Origin: the human T2T-CHM13v2.0 reference genome, Homo sapiens
NCBI RefSeq assembly: GCF_009914755.1
Contig: NC_060927.1
DNA: 64,000 bases
Strand: one strand, 5' to 3'
Part shown: piece by piece, positions 59,324 through 64,000 of the stretch
How positions within the stretch are numbered: the stretch's first letter is position 1
How the letters are laid out: each line of letters begins with the position of its first letter
Made by a program: the position numbers and the translations under genes
Notes under the pieces: generated by a model
Seen by the model: only the letters and a program-made list of their open reading frames with translations
The model's database searches: none
Told to the model about the DNA's origin: nothing

Positions 59324-60547
59324 AAACACCCTCTTAATAAAAAGCAAGGATGCTTGACCGAACTTGGGTTGAAGGCCCAACTTAGGAAGGTTAGGAGTCC
59401 TATCTAAAATTAAGGGGGTTAGAGGCCCCTCTCAATAAAGTCCCTCTTGGTAAAAAATGGATTTGGCACTATGGGGTGTTAACCGCTATTCTCTTTCGAT
59501 TAATCTGCCTTGGACTCTTTGCTGATGGCTATGGGTGACAGGGTTAGACATGTAGAGGATCACAGGACACAGGGAGCTTTTTCCTCCCAAAAAGGGGAAA
59601 CTTGAGAGCTGATGGGACTGCTGGAAAAAGATCCCTTTGTGATAGACAAGCAGCTACCTGGACTTTTGATTCAGTGTCGTGGGATGGGCAGGTCTTTCTC
59701 TGGCCTCCCTGAGCTCCTGGCTTTCCCCACCCCACTGCAGGCAACGCTGTTCTCCTTTCCCTTTCCTCTTTTTCTCTGTGCAAACACATTGTAGGAATGA
59801 TAAAACTGTTTATCTCCCCTGCAAAGTTTTAATTAATGGGAAAAAAGGATTTGTGGGGCTAGTCTTAAGTTGTAGCTAATCTGGTGTGTTTTGTGTGTCT
59901 TTCTGTATCGTTCTGTCATATTGTTCTGTAATATCTTAGGATAGAACACCCCTTAGGACCCCATAAGCCAACTGTTCAAGCCAGCCCAACAAACTGGTCA
60001 GTAACAAACTTTGCTGCAGGTCCCTGAAACAAACAAACAAACAAACAAAACTGATTGAAATTTCTCTCATTTTGTTTTATGTCCTTGGGATTTTGACCTT
60101 GTAACCTACATGGTGGTACTTTCTCTTCGTCTCCACCATCCAGAGGACAGGAATTTTGGAGTTCATGTCATAACCTTAAAAATTATCTCAAGCAGTTAAA
60201 AGTCTTTGAAAGCTCAAAATTAACTGCTCTAGACTCCTTCTGGAAAGAGCAATGGAAACTGCCCAAAGCTGTAGCTTAGTAGCTAAGGCTTTCTTTTTTC
60301 ACATTGGCAACCTGGGTTCAATTTTCAGCTTAGGGAATGAGTCCTTTCTGATTTGATATTCGTGTGACTTTTGCCATTCGTTTATTCTCTTCCCCTCCAT
60401 GAACAACTTCTGACTTCCTTTCTTGAGTCTTCCTTTCTCCAAGCACCTGTAAGGTTACTTTGGGTAAAGTTCAAAAGCCGGAAATATTGGCAGTTTGGCC
60501 TGCCTGAAGTCAGGTAATAAGAAATTTGATTAAAAGTCAGCTTAATT

Positions 60548-62660
<2,113 letters not shown>

Positions 62661-64000
62661 GTCAACTTAATTAAAAGTGGATATCCAAGCTATACGTACA
62701 CTTAAAAGGCCTTTATGTTTTTTTCCCCTACTTAGATATTATTTTTCTGAAGAAAAAGGTTTTTCTCTTCTCAGCTGATTGAATTATTTTTTTCCATTTT
62801 GTCTTCTTGCCACTCTCTGTGCACACGTGAGAGGACTTAAGAAAAATTATAACAGCCTGGGACTTCTTGGGAAAAATAGAGGAGGCACCACAGACCCCAT
62901 TTTGGGGAAAAAAACCCCTCTGTTTTCCTCATGAGACCCCAGGAATTGAAAGTGGATAGATTCCTGTCAAAATCTAAGTCTCTGTTATGTTTTGCATTGC
63001 ATTATCTGACGTCTTTGACTTTTGGGCGTATCAGAAATTACTTCACATTATGAGAGAGCTTTGGTGTGTAATAACTAGGTAGGAAATACACTTTTGGGGA
63101 TAGCTAATGGCATTTATAGGGGAATACACGGCTCTGCCCATTTGGATCAGAGAAGCATGCTTCTTGGCCACCTAGAAGGTATGGAAATGTCCCCACCTCC
63201 ACTGAGAGATAAGACTCCCATGGAGATGGGCTGATTCCCTCTTTTGGGGATCCAGGATCTCATATAAAAATGGGACCCTTAATTTTGGGAGAATCTGTGT
63301 TGCCTTCCAGCTGTACCTGCTAATTGGGCCCTAGAAACTGCATGTTTTAAAGAGAAACTTAAAAACTAAAACTGGCAAATGAAAAGCCTTACAACTACTG
63401 GATCTTCTGTCTTTCTGTATATTTATTTATTCTTTTTTATTTTAATTACTTCCCACACTATGCTGATGTAATTTCTGTGTATTTATATGTGTGCATGTGA
63501 TGTTTATATATGACAGAGCTCTGATTAATTGGCTTAAAAGTAATAAGTGCTTACATCAAATATTTTGTCAGAAAAACAAAAACTGCAATACCTTTTAGTT
63601 CATGTGACTTTGATTATCTTTTCCCAAAGACAGTTTTACAGATATTATTAGAAAAATAAAGACATTTGGTCTAAATTATGCAGCTATTACTAAGAATTAG
63701 TCAGATATTAGGTTTGCTAAATGATTTAAGGTCATAAACTGCTTCTTTGACTTTTGAAAATTGTCCAACTTACCTGCTTTGGAGCTATTAGATTCCAGGT
63801 AAGGCCTGGGAACATGTGGAGTTAGCCATGCCCCCTCGCTATGGTGGAAAGAGTCAGACCCTATCTGCACTCCTGTCTGTTGTCTTAAGCTCCACACCTG
63901 GTACATAATTAGAATCACTTACTCACCAGGTTTTTCACCAAAAATAAAAATTGCTAAGAGTTAACATTGTTATACGTAATTGAGACTATTGAAGAAACAA

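Overview
Human genomic DNA; a human-specific AluYa5 is present. The locus is recognisable as the EIF1B region, which I recall as 3p22. There is one protein-coding gene: EIF1B (+ strand, four coding exons 24990-27060, 113 aa eIF1/SUI1). It lies under a CpG-island promoter with bidirectional features and a candidate antisense first exon. A 5'-truncated processed PGAM1 pseudogene with full 3'UTR lies on the minus strand (~36240-38322). The rest is interspersed repeats: ~24 Alus, old and young L1s, ERV1/ERVL/MaLR LTRs, hAT MITEs, and a MER41-type provirus running off the right end. Nearly all listed ORFs are repeat-derived or chance. I found no evidence of a new gene system. The most unusual observations are structural: (1) two local templated insertions of 184 bp and ~165 bp, apparently copied from a few kb downstream into older repeats; (2) two different LTRs inserted at the same 4-bp target (GTAG x3); (3) a twin-primed L1 with a probable 3' transduction; (4) a fold-back inversion within a microsatellite of the pseudogene 3'UTR; (5) the poor-Kozak autoregulatory start of EIF1B, with a possible NMD-coupled leaky-scanning ORF. 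Repeat subfamily names and parental sequences are from memory of consensus sequences, not from a search.
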